A stretch of DNA of 51,623 bases from Verrucomicrobiales bacterium (GCA_031411295.1 JANOAV010000016.1:1-51623), one strand, 5' to 3'; positions 18,708 to 28,364 are shown, counted from the first letter of the stretch. Made by a program: numbers and translations. The notes: generated by a model from the letters alone, not told the origin.

Positions 18708-21700
18708 TTATTGCAGTTTGATCACCCACTTTTGGACCTTCTTACCCCGATTTCTCGACAGCGTCGTTGTTTCTGCGTCTTCAGTGCGAATTAGGGCATT
18801 TACTCCGCTTGCCGCATGGATGATTGACCAACCACCGCCGTTGTCAAAAAGAATCCACTTGGTGGCCTCTTCCGGTTTTTCTACAGCGAAGACGATTTGC
18901 GCTCCTTCTTTATTATCAGCAAGCATATACACCGTGCCATCTTTTTCTTGTTTTTTAATCTGGAAGATTCCGGCGCCACTTAAGATCCCGTCGCCACTTT
19001 TATGTTTGCCCTGTGCTACGAGGGTAAATGTGGTGCCACCATCCATTCTGTAACCGGTTTCTTCGTTGACGAATCTGACTTTGGATCCGTCTTTTAATTC
19101 CTGAGCTGTTGCGCTGCCGGCAGCGGAAGACATCTGAAACAGTTGAGTCTCGATCTCTTCATTCTTTGTCACGGACGACTCCTCCCCTCCCGGCGGTGTC
19201 GCGATGACGGGGCCGCGGGAGCCGGGCCAAATTTCCAGCGGGCAGAAGGGCTGGGCGTGCAAGAGCGAACGGTCGCTGCCGTCCGCGTCGCGGCCAAAGT
19301 GCAGCCAGACTGCCGGGAAACAGGTGGCGAAGCTGAGCATCTCGACGCGGGCGGCACCGGCGGCTTTTTCCGTCAGCCAGAGCTTGAGCGTGGTGTCGCC
19401 GGAGGTGGCGATGAGGCGCGTCTCGTTGCTGATGGCGAGGGCGGTGACGGCTCCGCTGTGGGCCTGCCAGCTTTCCTCCGGAAGTTCTGTCCAGGTGGTG
19501 GTGTCGAACACACGGACGCGGCCATCTTCATTGCCGCAGTAGAGGCGGCTGCCGTCGGGATGAAAAACCAGCGCGGTGTCGTAGGAGCGGAATTCGCCGA
19601 TGGGCGGGGCGGGTTTTGTGAGGTCCAATGGATCGTAGAGGCGGACGCGCCGTCCCAGTCCGGTGGCGGCGAGGCGGCGGCCATCGGGAGAGATCGCAAG
19701 GTCCCAGGCACGGGCTGGGCCGGTTTCCCAGCCCTGGTTGCTGGTGGCGGAGACGGTCCGTGTTTCCAGATCCACGACAAAGACGCGGCCCGGCGTGATG
19801 CCGGCGATTTTTGTTCCACCGGGAAACACCAGGCCGCGCAGCAATGTATCGAAGCCTTGAATGTAGCCCGGACCGGGGACGCGATCCGTTTCCCGGATGG
19901 TCTCGCCTTCTTCCTGCCAGAGAATGATATCGCTGGTCTTGCGCTCCATGGTGGCGAGGCGGCCCGCGGGCAGGACGGCGAGCGGCAGGTGGTCGTCCGC
20001 GACGTGGGTGTAGCCACGGCCTTCCTGCCAGTAGCGCACAGCACCCGAGCCGCTGGAATACAGTAGCCGGGAGCCATCCGGCGAGACGGACGGATGCCGC
20101 TCAAGCTGGGTCAGAGACACGCTGGTGATGCGCGTGGGCGGTGCGGGCACGGAGGGATTCCAGCAGCGCACGGTGCCGTCGGCGGCGGACGTGAAGAGAC
20201 TCGCGCCATCCCGCGCGAAGACCGCACCGTTGCCGCGGCCTTCGTGTCCCAGCAAAAAGGCGGCGCGCCCGTTTTGCGCACTCCGCGTGAGCAGACGGCG
20301 CGGCGGACTGTGCGTGCCATTGCCGTTGAGCGGCTCGCGGATCGACGGCGCGCAGTCGTCGTCATAGGTGGGCGGGCCTTCGGGGATGGGCTTCAGGAAG
20401 TGGAACATCCGGACGACGGCATCCGTCCCGACGACAGCGACCAGCGGCTCCGTGGGATGGAAGACCAATCCCGTCATGGCCTCCAGGAAGCCCTGCCGCC
20501 GCAGCAGCAACTGGCCCGTGGCCGTCTCCGCGACTTCAAGATAATGCGAGGGTTTGTCAAATGGGCCGGAGAGCGTGGCGAAGTATCGGCCATCGGCTGA
20601 GAGTGCCAGCACGTTCCCCCATCCCGGTGTTCCGAAGGAGCTATAGGTCCAGCGTCCGATGGGCGTGGCGTTCTGCAGCGGGGCAGCACCCGAGAGGTCC
20701 GTGGCACGGAGGAAGGTCACTTCACGCTGGGCCGGTCCGGTCAGGGCCACCACGCTGCGGTCTGCGGAGACGGTGAGCGGCGCGCTCCATGCCGGTGGCA
20801 GCTCGATGGTGCTGCGGTCCTGCGTATCAAAGATCCAGGAGCAGGCGCCCAAATCAGAGATTGTGTTCCGGTCATTGCCGAAAAGCAGGCGGCGTTCATC
20901 CAGCCACGCGCTCTGCGGCTGGATGAGGACTTCGGAACGTTCCATCACGACCTCCAGCGTTTCCGCATCGAAGACGCGCACCGTATTGCGGAAGGAACAG
21001 GCAAAATACCGGCCGCCTGGCGCATAGAGCAGGCTGTGGTATTCATTCGGATTGAGCTTTCCAGTATCGGGCTTGCCGGACAGCGCAGGCAGCTGGCGCG
21101 GCGGGCGCAGCGCAGAACCGTCCGGGCGGCATAAATGCAGCACGCCATCATGCGTCACGATGGCGAGCGACTCTCCGTCCGGCCCTGTGTCCAGGGTATC
21201 TGGAATGGCTCCGCCGGGCAACCCAAAGAGCGAACGCTGGTCGCCCGCGCACAACTGATCCAGCAGCCGCCACTCCAGGCCGCGGTGTTCCTCCGGCGCT
21301 GCGGCCAGCAGTTGCCGCGCTCTGGAAAAATCGTGTCGTTCCCGTGCCGCAAGCACCGCTGCCATCGTCGAGACATAGCCTGTGAAGCGTTCCGCTGCGG
21401 CTGCCTGCAATGCACGTGAGCTGTTCGTCTCCGCCGTGCGGCGATGCGCCTCCGCACTGCGCCACAGCGCCAGGCTGACAATCGTGCCCGCCAGCAGCGA
21501 AACCACGAGCGCCGCCGCCGCCGCCACGCGCCACGGATGCCGCCGCATCCAGCGCAGCGCGCGCTCGCGTCCCGTCACGCGCCGCGAGCGGATCGGCTCG
21601 CCTCGCAGCCAGCGCGCCAGTTCATCAGCCAGCGCACCGGCCCCCGGCAGTCGGCGCGCGGGATCCTTTTCCAGACACCGCAGACACAGCGTCTCCAGAT

Positions 21701-22589
21701 CACCGTCCGCCGATGCCGCCAGCGTGCGCAGCGACACCGGTTCAGCGTGCGCGATGTGACTGAAAATCTCCGCCGGCGTGCTGCCCGGAAACGGCAACCG
21801 CCCCGTGAGCATCTGATAAAGCATCGCGCCCAGCGCCCAGACATCGCTTGCCGTTGTCACATCCCGCGCGCGGCCCCGTGCCTGTTCCGGTGACATGTAT
21901 TGCGGTGTGCCTACCTGGGCATGGGAAAGCGTCAGGCCCTGTTCCGAGTCCATCAGTTTCGCCAGTCCGAAGTCGGTGAGAAACGGCTCGCCCGCACGGT
22001 CAAAGAGAACGTTGCCCGGCTTCAAATCGCGGTGCAGCACGCCGCGCTCATGGGCGTGCTGCACGGCGCGCGCCAGCTTTTCCATGATACCCGCCGCATC
22101 CTTCGCCCCAAGCGCTCCCGCCTTTAGCCGCTCCGAAAGCGCGTCGCCTTCCAGCAGCTTCATGGTGAAAAACGGCTGTCCCTCCACCTCGCCCACTTCA
22201 TACACCGGCACGATGTGCGGATGATCCAGTTGCGCCACCGCCTGCGCCTCGGTGCGGAATCGCAGCTTATCCTGCTCCGTGGCAAAGACGAACCCGCGAA
22301 TCATCTTCAGCGCCACCACGCGCTGCACCGCCGTGTCCTCTGCCTCCCAGATCACACCCATGCCACCCGCGCCCAGCTTGCGCCGCAGGATATACTTCCC
22401 AAAACGCCCTGCCACCTGCGGGGCAAAAATCCCGAACTGGCTGTCCGCCTCCTCCATTTCTCCCGCAACATCCTTTGCCACCAGCGCCTCGCCAAACATA
22501 CAGGCAAGGCACACCCCGTCCGCCTCCAGCGGCGCTCCGCATTCGGGACAAAGTGAGGCGTGGTGGGAGGGGGTGTTGCTACAATTCAC
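18708..22589 (-). CDS. Membrane Ser/Thr protein kinase with WD40 beta-propellers and a C-terminal beta-trefoil-like tail
   Basis: N-terminal CPEC..CLAC; LGAGGMG, VALK, HRDLKPGN, DFG, GTPQYMSPE; TM VAAAAALVVSLLAGTIVSLALW; WD repeats (GHEG..DGTVRCW, AHSGAV..TLKLW); tail ends QKWVIKLQ. Confidence 0.92.
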   Translation of the reverse strand: MNCSNTPSHHASLCPECGAPLEADGVCLACMFGEALVAKDVAGEMEEADSQFGIFAPQVAGRFGKYILRRKLGAGGMGVIWEAEDTAVQRVVALKMIRGFVFATEQDKLRFRTEAQAVAQLDHPHIVPVYEVGEVEGQPFFTMKLLEGDALSERLKAGALGAKDAAGIMEKLARAVQHAHERGVLHRDLKPGNVLFDRAGEPFLTDFGLAKLMDSEQGLTLSHAQVGTPQYMSPEQARGRARDVTTASDVWALGAMLYQMLTGRLPFPGSTPAEIFSHIAHAEPVSLRTLAASADGDLETLCLRCLEKDPARRLPGAGALADELARWLRGEPIRSRRVTGRERALRWMRRHPWRVAAAAALVVSLLAGTIVSLALWRSAEAHRRTAETNSSRALQAAAAERFTGYVSTMAAVLAARERHDFSRARQLLAAAPEEHRGLEWRLLDQLCAGDQRSLFGLPGGAIPDTLDTGPDGESLAIVTHDGVLHLCRPDGSALRPPRQLPALSGKPDTGKLNPNEYHSLLYAPGGRYFACSFRNTVRVFDAETLEVVMERSEVLIQPQSAWLDERRLLFGNDRNTISDLGACSWIFDTQDRSTIELPPAWSAPLTVSADRSVVALTGPAQREVTFLRATDLSGAAPLQNATPIGRWTYSSFGTPGWGNVLALSADGRYFATLSGPFDKPSHYLEVAETATGQLLLRRQGFLEAMTGLVFHPTEPLVAVVGTDAVVRMFHFLKPIPEGPPTYDDDCAPSIREPLNGNGTHSPPRRLLTRSAQNGRAAFLLGHEGRGNGAVFARDGASLFTSAADGTVRCWNPSVPAPPTRITSVSLTQLERHPSVSPDGSRLLYSSGSGAVRYWQEGRGYTHVADDHLPLAVLPAGRLATMERKTSDIILWQEEGETIRETDRVPGPGYIQGFDTLLRGLVFPGGTKIAGITPGRVFVVDLETRTVSATSNQGWETGPARAWDLAISPDGRRLAATGLGRRVRLYDPLDLTKPAPPIGEFRSYDTALVFHPDGSRLYCGNEDGRVRVFDTTTWTELPEESWQAHSGAVTALAISNETRLIATSGDTTLKLWLTEKAAGAARVEMLSFATCFPAVWLHFGRDADGSDRSLLHAQPFCPLEIWPGSRGPVIATPPGGEESSVTKNEEIETQLFQMSSAAGSATAQELKDGSKVRFVNEETGYRMDGGTTFTLVAQGKHKSGDGILSGAGIFQIKKQEKDGTVYMLADNKEGAQIVFAVEKPEEATKWILFDNGGGWSIIHAASGVNALIRTEDAETTTLSRNRGKKVQKWVIKLQ

Positions 22590-22616
22590 AATTTACGAAA
22601 TAATTTACGAGATAAT
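22590..22616. repeat. 12-bp tandem repeat AATTTACGARAT immediately upstream of the kinase start
   Basis: AATTTACGAAAT AATTTACGAGAT AAT. Confidence 0.6.
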
Positions 22617-22632
22617 CCTAATTCACCTAGTT

Positions 22633-22657
22633 CACGAAATTTTCCGCCATAAGTCAG
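22633..22657 (-). promoter_or_regulatory. Putative ECF promoter CTGAC-N12-ATTTCGTG driving the kinase
   Basis: Plus strand CACGAAAT-tttccgccataa-GTCAG; same spacing as the three array copies. Confidence 0.7.
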
Positions 22658-22798
22658 CCGGAATTCCTACAAAATTCAGGAAGCCTCCGGGCGGCTCAGG
22701 CGGAAACCCAATCTTCGCTTGCAGAGAAACCGCCTTTGCCTCATAAATCGCCTATCACGAAGCCAACCGACAACTCCGCATCCCAAGGCGATTCCAGC

Positions 22799-23509
22799 AT
22801 GACCGGTGGGGGAGCCTTCCCCGTCACCGCATGGTCCATGTTGCATCAGGCGCAGGGGGAAGTGCCCGCGGAAGCCCTCGCCGGCTGGGAACGCCTCGCC
22901 CGCGCCTACTGGCAGCCTCTTTACGTCTTCCTCCGCCGCCGCGGGGCCGACCACCATGCTGCCGCTGACGACGTTCAGGGATTCTTCGCCCACCTGCTTA
23001 GCAAAGAGTTCCTGCGTCGGATTGAACCCGGCACGGCCCTCTTCCGCTCCTTCCTCCTCAGCGCCCTCCAGCACTGGCGCGCTGATCAACACCGAGCCGC
23101 CAACGCCCAAAAGCGCGGCGGTGGCCAGCAACTTCTCTCCCTCGACGCACTGGAAGCCGCCGGAGTCATGCCCATCGCAGACGGCGCCTCGCCTGAAGAA
23201 GCCTTCGACCGCCGCTGGGCGCGGGCCGTTTATGACAACGCACTCACCGCCCTTCAAGCCCGCCTTAAATCCCGCGGACGCGAACCCGTGTTCCTGCAAT
23301 TACGCGGGCTGCTGAGCGGCGGGGACACCGCAAAGTATCAGGAAATTGCCGCCGCTCTCGCCATGAGCGAAACCGCCGTGAAACAAGCCGCGCTCGACCT
23401 CCGCCGGGAATTCGGCGTCACCCTCCGCGATGAAATCCGCCGCACCGTCACGGACGAATCCCAGGTGGACGATGAAATCCGCTATCTCCTCGGGCTGCTA
23501 CGGGGCTAG
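22799..23509 (+). CDS. ECF-type RNA polymerase sigma factor, kinase-associated PVC type
   Basis: FPVTAWS, RAYWQPLYVFLRRRG..AADDVQGFF (sigma2), YQEIAAALAMSETAVK (sigma4 HTH); divergent from the kinase. Alternative start 22736. Confidence 0.9.
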   Translation: MTGGGAFPVTAWSMLHQAQGEVPAEALAGWERLARAYWQPLYVFLRRRGADHHAAADDVQGFFAHLLSKEFLRRIEPGTALFRSFLLSALQHWRADQHRAANAQKRGGGQQLLSLDALEAAGVMPIADGASPEEAFDRRWARAVYDNALTALQARLKSRGREPVFLQLRGLLSGGDTAKYQEIAAALAMSETAVKQAALDLRREFGVTLRDEIRRTVTDESQVDDEIRYLLGLLRG

Positions 23510-23828
23510 CGCATTACCCGGAGGCGGGCCCAGCACTTTCTCCAAGGTAGCCCGTGGACACCCGAAACTTAACCACCCATGGCCGGGCCGAGTTGAGTCA
23601 GAGCGATTCGTGGGTTGCGCGATTGGGTTCAATCGTGCAGTCCCTCGTGAAGCATTACCTGCTTTGGCCGCTGCTGTGTTCTTCCGTGGGGGAATGTTTT
23701 GATTGTGCCCCCTTATGGTAAACTGCCTTCACGTTTTGCCTTTGCCTTCACCGCAACATGCCGCTGTCCTGATCATACTTGAGGCTAACACCACGTGCAT
23801 CAATCCCTAACCCACTAGGGAGCAAGAT

Positions 23829-24983
23829 TCACCGGGGCACAACTAAGGCACTTGCAGCTTGTTCGGCTGCTCGCCGAATAGCGAAACTCTTCCCAGTTTT
23901 AGATTGTTCAGCCAACTCTCGTGATATGGCCTCTTTGCTAGAACTCTCCGGCATAGCTTTTAAATAGTCCTGTAGGCCCATTGAACCTCTGCGTAACCAC
24001 GATTCCACAGCCGTGCCGACGGATACCGAAGTGCCATCCGAAACATGAGGTGGAATACTGAGCGCGAACTCAAGCGCAGATTTCGGATCCGTTTCAGCGC
24101 TAGTTTTGATGTAGTTATCATAAGCCTTATTGTCTCGGAATGGCGAGGCAACCTGATCTTCGAGCCATTTCCGCTGGAGTGCTGTATCCTTTGAACCTAG
24201 CCTATTGCCCACGGAACCAAAATACTGTCTTCTGAATTCCGTAGGTATAGCATCAAACCAAGCTCTTAGGCCCTCCTCACCATTCCGGACAAACACAGCT
24301 TTACTGATGTCAAACGTAACATTTCGAAAGTCGATTTCGTTCGGCTGAAATATCTTCGACGCATAAGTTGCCGCCTGCACAGGGTCGTAATTTGCATAGC
24401 CTCGAATCAACTTTTTGACGATCAGGGTGACATACTCGTCAGGGATGGCCTGATTTTTGTCCAACCATTGCTGCGCTTCCGTGGGAGCTTTACCAGCCCA
24501 TGCCTCGACAACCTCTTCCGCAGCTTCACAATACCATCGATGATTAACGGGAAGATCATTAAGCCATGCGACGGCTAACGCGCAGTTCTTCGTGCTCAAC
24601 TGTTTCCAATAGGCCGTCCAGGCGTAAGAAAACTCGTTTCCAGCTTCAGCTGCTTCACTAATGCATTTTTGGACCGCTAGCCAATCAGCCTCACTCTCAA
24701 GTCCTGCAAGGAATGCGTCAATTTGTTGTTTTCGGTCTCCTCCAGTCAGTGAAAGTATCCGACGACAATTCTCAAGTAACGATTGGGCAGATTTGGACAC
24801 AGAAGTTGAAGCCGGCACCGCTTTCGTTTTGTCCGTCATCTTTTGTGATTTGGCCGATAAATCAGCGTCTTCTTTAGCTGGGGACAATTTGGATGAGCGC
24901 GACGCAAAATCCATGTATTGTCTCGAAATGAAAAAAACGCCGACTAGCACAGAAAGTGCGAGGATTTTGGATTTTGTCTTCAT
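23829..24983 (-). CDS. Hypothetical N-anchored helical-repeat protein
   Basis: N-terminal hydrophobic anchor; W....P..A..W and DP.xA units resembling 31954-33126. Confidence 0.75.
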   Translation of the reverse strand: MKTKSKILALSVLVGVFFISRQYMDFASRSSKLSPAKEDADLSAKSQKMTDKTKAVPASTSVSKSAQSLLENCRRILSLTGGDRKQQIDAFLAGLESEADWLAVQKCISEAAEAGNEFSYAWTAYWKQLSTKNCALAVAWLNDLPVNHRWYCEAAEEVVEAWAGKAPTEAQQWLDKNQAIPDEYVTLIVKKLIRGYANYDPVQAATYASKIFQPNEIDFRNVTFDISKAVFVRNGEEGLRAWFDAIPTEFRRQYFGSVGNRLGSKDTALQRKWLEDQVASPFRDNKAYDNYIKTSAETDPKSALEFALSIPPHVSDGTSVSVGTAVESWLRRGSMGLQDYLKAMPESSSKEAISRELAEQSKTGKSFAIRRAAEQAASALVVPR

Positions 24984-24986
24984 AAG

Positions 24987-26615
24987 CTAAGCTGTAATTC
25001 GTTCGCACAAGATGTCAGAGGGCAACACTGCGGAATCCCTGCAAAGGCGGTCCACTTCAGACAGGCAATATCTGCGATTTGCTTGGCTTCCGTCCTTCAG
25101 GAACTGTTTCCGTCGAAATCCCTCAATACTTGAGAGACTTTCACTTTGCCACGCAAAATTAGGGTATACGGCGTAGGTTGGGATTTCAGATGCCAAATGC
25201 CCCAGAATCACGTCGCAAGCTCTGACTCCGCAATGGGGGAGTCCTCTCCCCATTGCTGAAATAACACGGTCGTAGTATGCATGTCGGACAGCGTAGGCAT
25301 GAGTTGTGTGTGCACGAGTCACCTTGACAAGCCCAGGACTGACAATTTCTGGACGTGACATATGCACACAGCCATAGAAAAAAATACCCCAATCATCGGG
25401 TAATGCGATGCATTCTGCCATTCGACGGAAATTGGGGTGCAAGACGACGTCATCTTCAAATATAAGGACTGATTGCCACTTCATGTGCTTAGCATGTCGA
25501 AGCATCATTCGGTGGGAAAGCGCGCATCCATAAGGGCCTCGTCTTGTGTGTCCTCGAGTGTTTTTGGATTTACTCGTATCTGCTGCGGGAAAGCGAGTAA
25601 CACTGAGCTCTTGAAACATAAATTGAAGTTCTGCCTCGTTTCTTCGGTCCCCTCGTTTAGAGAGATTCAAATAGAGCATGCCGTCAAAGGACGATTCTAA
25701 TGCGTGACACTGCCGCAAGTGCGCCAAAAAATTAAATGAAGCTTCTGGAATTTCTACAGGCGCTGCATCATTCGGAATGTCATGGGCAGATTCTTTTATG
25801 TCGCACGCTGGAACCTCTGAATGGATCGGGAGCTCATCGTCGGTCAGCTCTGATGTGTTTGTGCAGGACATCTTTTCCTCCAGAGCAAGGATCGCTTCAC
25901 GATGCTCGATCTGATGCCCTGTCTTGTCATAGTGACCAATGACGGCCCTGGAGCCGTCCGAAAATTGAGGTTCTTGCCATGCTAAATTAGGTAACAGCGC
26001 ATACGTTGGAATCCGTCCTTGTTCCTGAGCCAGCTTTAGATCTGAAAAAGAATAGCGCTGTTCAGATTTTTTGGCGCCACCAGCGAGGGCTCTTGACACT
26101 TCGCGAAAATGGGTGCTACGCACTAGCATTGCATGATGGTCGATTGCCTTATTCACACGGACTAAGCGACCGTCAATCTGCGTGGGAAGCTCTAGGTGAC
26201 GGCAGCCAAGAAAAAATATCCCCCAATCGGCTGGAAGGGTCAAACTACTCAAGATTTCTCGAAGGCGCGCGTCGAAAACCACATCATCCTCCAGAATAAG
26301 GATAGCGTCAGCATCCGCATTAATTGCCCTGCGGATTGCCAATCGTTTAGCTAAACTGCAAGCATAGCGTTGTGCTTCTCTAAAGCCCCGCGGATCATTC
26401 ACCCAAGATGCATTAATGCCTGATTGGCGGGTTACTTCCAATCCATGCTTCTTAAAATGGGCTTTTACTCTGGCCCAGCGGTCGGGGCGCCTATTCAGGT
26501 TGATACAAACTTTTAGGACACGTTCAGTGAAAACACTACTGCCCAACCAACGATCCGAAGAAGGCGGATGGGCCGCGCGAGGAGGGGGACTCGGTTCAAC
26601 GAAGGTCGGGTTCAT
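24987..26615 (-). CDS. Glycosyltransferase family 25, two tandem domains
   Basis: INLNRRPDR..CSLAK..ILEDDV..WGIFFLG, repeated as LNLSKRGDR..GCALSH..IFEDDV..WGIFFYG. Confidence 0.85.
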   Translation of the reverse strand: MNPTFVEPSPPPRAAHPPSSDRWLGSSVFTERVLKVCINLNRRPDRWARVKAHFKKHGLEVTRQSGINASWVNDPRGFREAQRYACSLAKRLAIRRAINADADAILILEDDVVFDARLREILSSLTLPADWGIFFLGCRHLELPTQIDGRLVRVNKAIDHHAMLVRSTHFREVSRALAGGAKKSEQRYSFSDLKLAQEQGRIPTYALLPNLAWQEPQFSDGSRAVIGHYDKTGHQIEHREAILALEEKMSCTNTSELTDDELPIHSEVPACDIKESAHDIPNDAAPVEIPEASFNFLAHLRQCHALESSFDGMLYLNLSKRGDRRNEAELQFMFQELSVTRFPAADTSKSKNTRGHTRRGPYGCALSHRMMLRHAKHMKWQSVLIFEDDVVLHPNFRRMAECIALPDDWGIFFYGCVHMSRPEIVSPGLVKVTRAHTTHAYAVRHAYYDRVISAMGRGLPHCGVRACDVILGHLASEIPTYAVYPNFAWQSESLSSIEGFRRKQFLKDGSQANRRYCLSEVDRLCRDSAVLPSDILCERITA

Positions 26616-26627
26616 ATTGTGTGAGGA

Positions 26628-27521
26628 TTAGGGGTCAATCATATCGATAAAAAGTCCAGTTTCGTCACCGAAAAATGTTCCTAGAAACCACGCTTGGAGG
26701 AATGAACTCTGTGCATCTTGTGGCCATCCGCCCACGTTAACAATACACGCATCCTTCCAGACGAGAAAATCCGACGTGTGTGAGGACGGAAATTGAACTT
26801 CCTCCTTTTCGAATCTTTGCACCCGGAGTGGTGTATCCATCAAGAAACGGTTCCAAGCCACCTCCACACATAAATTTTTGCCCGTTGAGTTCACAGGGCC
26901 GCCCGGGTAGAGGTTTCGCAGTAAGCTGCGCCATTGCTCAAGAAGTTGATGGAAGTAGCAAGCCCGCACCGCCCATACTCCGCTACTGGCGATGGACCTC
27001 CAAGGGCGGCTGTGCGGGCGTGATGGCCTGTAGGAAGGTGCTTTCTCCCCAGCGTTGAGGATGCCGACTGCACGTCCTGAATCCATTGAAATCCCCAATG
27101 GTGCCCATAATACATCCGCATCTTCGCGCAGCAAATGCTCCACTGAACGCCGCACCAGGGAACCAGATCCCATGTAAATCACCCACCCATATTTCTCGAA
27201 AGTTTCTAAGTTCGTGCCTAGCCCGAGGTGCCGCCAGTCCCAGCTTCCGGCAAAGGGGCCGGCGCAAGCAAATGCGTCGTCCCCCGCTTCGCTTTCGGTT
27301 TCAGCAGTCCACGGGTCTGGAATCACTGTTTCAGAGAATCCTGTCCGCTCAACTTTAAAGATTGGTGGTGAGTCATTATTTGAGCGCAACAAGATTACTT
27401 CGGCGAGTGGCGAAGTCCTCAGAAGGCTACTTGAAAGTATTTTCGATATAGGCCGCTCCCTCAAAAGAGACCCATTGCGGCCTTCAGACAGAAGTATGAG
27501 GTTTGGAAATTCGGGAAGCAT
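26628..27521 (-). CDS. Hypothetical protein, possibly a degenerate GT-A fold
   Basis: Long ORF co-oriented with the GT25 gene; start moved to MLPEFPN to leave a divergent intergenic gap. Confidence 0.6.
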   Translation of the reverse strand: MLPEFPNLILLSEGRNGSLLRERPISKILSSSLLRTSPLAEVILLRSNNDSPPIFKVERTGFSETVIPDPWTAETESEAGDDAFACAGPFAGSWDWRHLGLGTNLETFEKYGWVIYMGSGSLVRRSVEHLLREDADVLWAPLGISMDSGRAVGILNAGEKAPSYRPSRPHSRPWRSIASSGVWAVRACYFHQLLEQWRSLLRNLYPGGPVNSTGKNLCVEVAWNRFLMDTPLRVQRFEKEEVQFPSSHTSDFLVWKDACIVNVGGWPQDAQSSFLQAWFLGTFFGDETGLFIDMIDP

Positions 27522-27610
27522 TTTGAAAAAAATCTTTACAATCGTGAGCTGAATCGGTATCCTATCGTCAATTTCCGACGCTGTTGTTAAACCCATCACA
27601 CTCACGAAAC

Positions 27611-28364
27611 ATGAATAACTCATACCTCCCCCCCCCCCAATGAAGTCAAGTCAAATCCTTCCATCTGCTCATTTGGAGGACTCATCAGGCGGCGTGCATT
27701 CATCCGTAGTTCGGGTGCCGCCGCTGCGCTTTTTTTGATTCCTTCGCATCGAGCTAATGCCGAAAATGAATTCAAAGGGGGAGGCGATAGCAATGGTGGT
27801 GAACTATTGATTGGGTTCGATGGGGCTGGCAATGACTACACAGGCCAGGGCAACAATGCAGCCTTTGTTGAACGATGCAAACAGGTTAACGACACAAACT
27901 ATCGGATTTACGATTGCGGCGTCAGTGCTACTAACAACAGCAGGATAGTTTCACAAGCATACGGCTACGTAAAATGGTGGCGTCAACACCACCCGAATTC
28001 AACATTGAAGGTCTTAGGTTATAGTTGTGGCGGTGATGCCGCCTTGCGTTTGGTCAGGAGGCTGGCAGTGGATGAAATCCATGTGGACGTGCTTGTGACT
28101 TATGATCCCCATCCGGGGAACTGGTTTGTCACGGCTACTCACGTTTACGAAGCCATAAATCGGACATACGTCGCAGCAGCCACAAATTATTATCAACACA
28201 ACGTGCCTCATGGTTTGACTTCTGCTGAGAATCGTTTCTGGGGAAGTCCGGTGACTAATATGGATAACATCGATCAAACAGACGTGCATGTAGACGTTAC
28301 TAACGGTGGGGGACTCGTCGTGCATTCAAATATCGTTAGCCACAACACCAACATCTGGATATGA
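27611..28364 (+). CDS. Tat-signal alpha/beta-hydrolase-like protein, out of frame at a C11 tract
   Basis: The frame upstream of the TTG reads GLIRRRAFIRSSGAAAALFLIPSHRANA (Tat signal). ATG 27611 joins it if C11 becomes C10. IGFDGAG, VLGYSCGG nucleophile elbow, LVTYDP, VVHSNI. Confidence 0.7.
27628..27638 (+). repeat. C11 homopolymer
   Basis: Eleven consecutive C, 17 nt after ATG 27611. Confidence 0.95.

Noticed and set aside
17210..19460. Kinase 3' repeats as a diversity-generating retroelement TR/VR pair
   Set aside because: Differences are mostly synonymous and not adenine-specific, and no reverse transcriptase is in the window.
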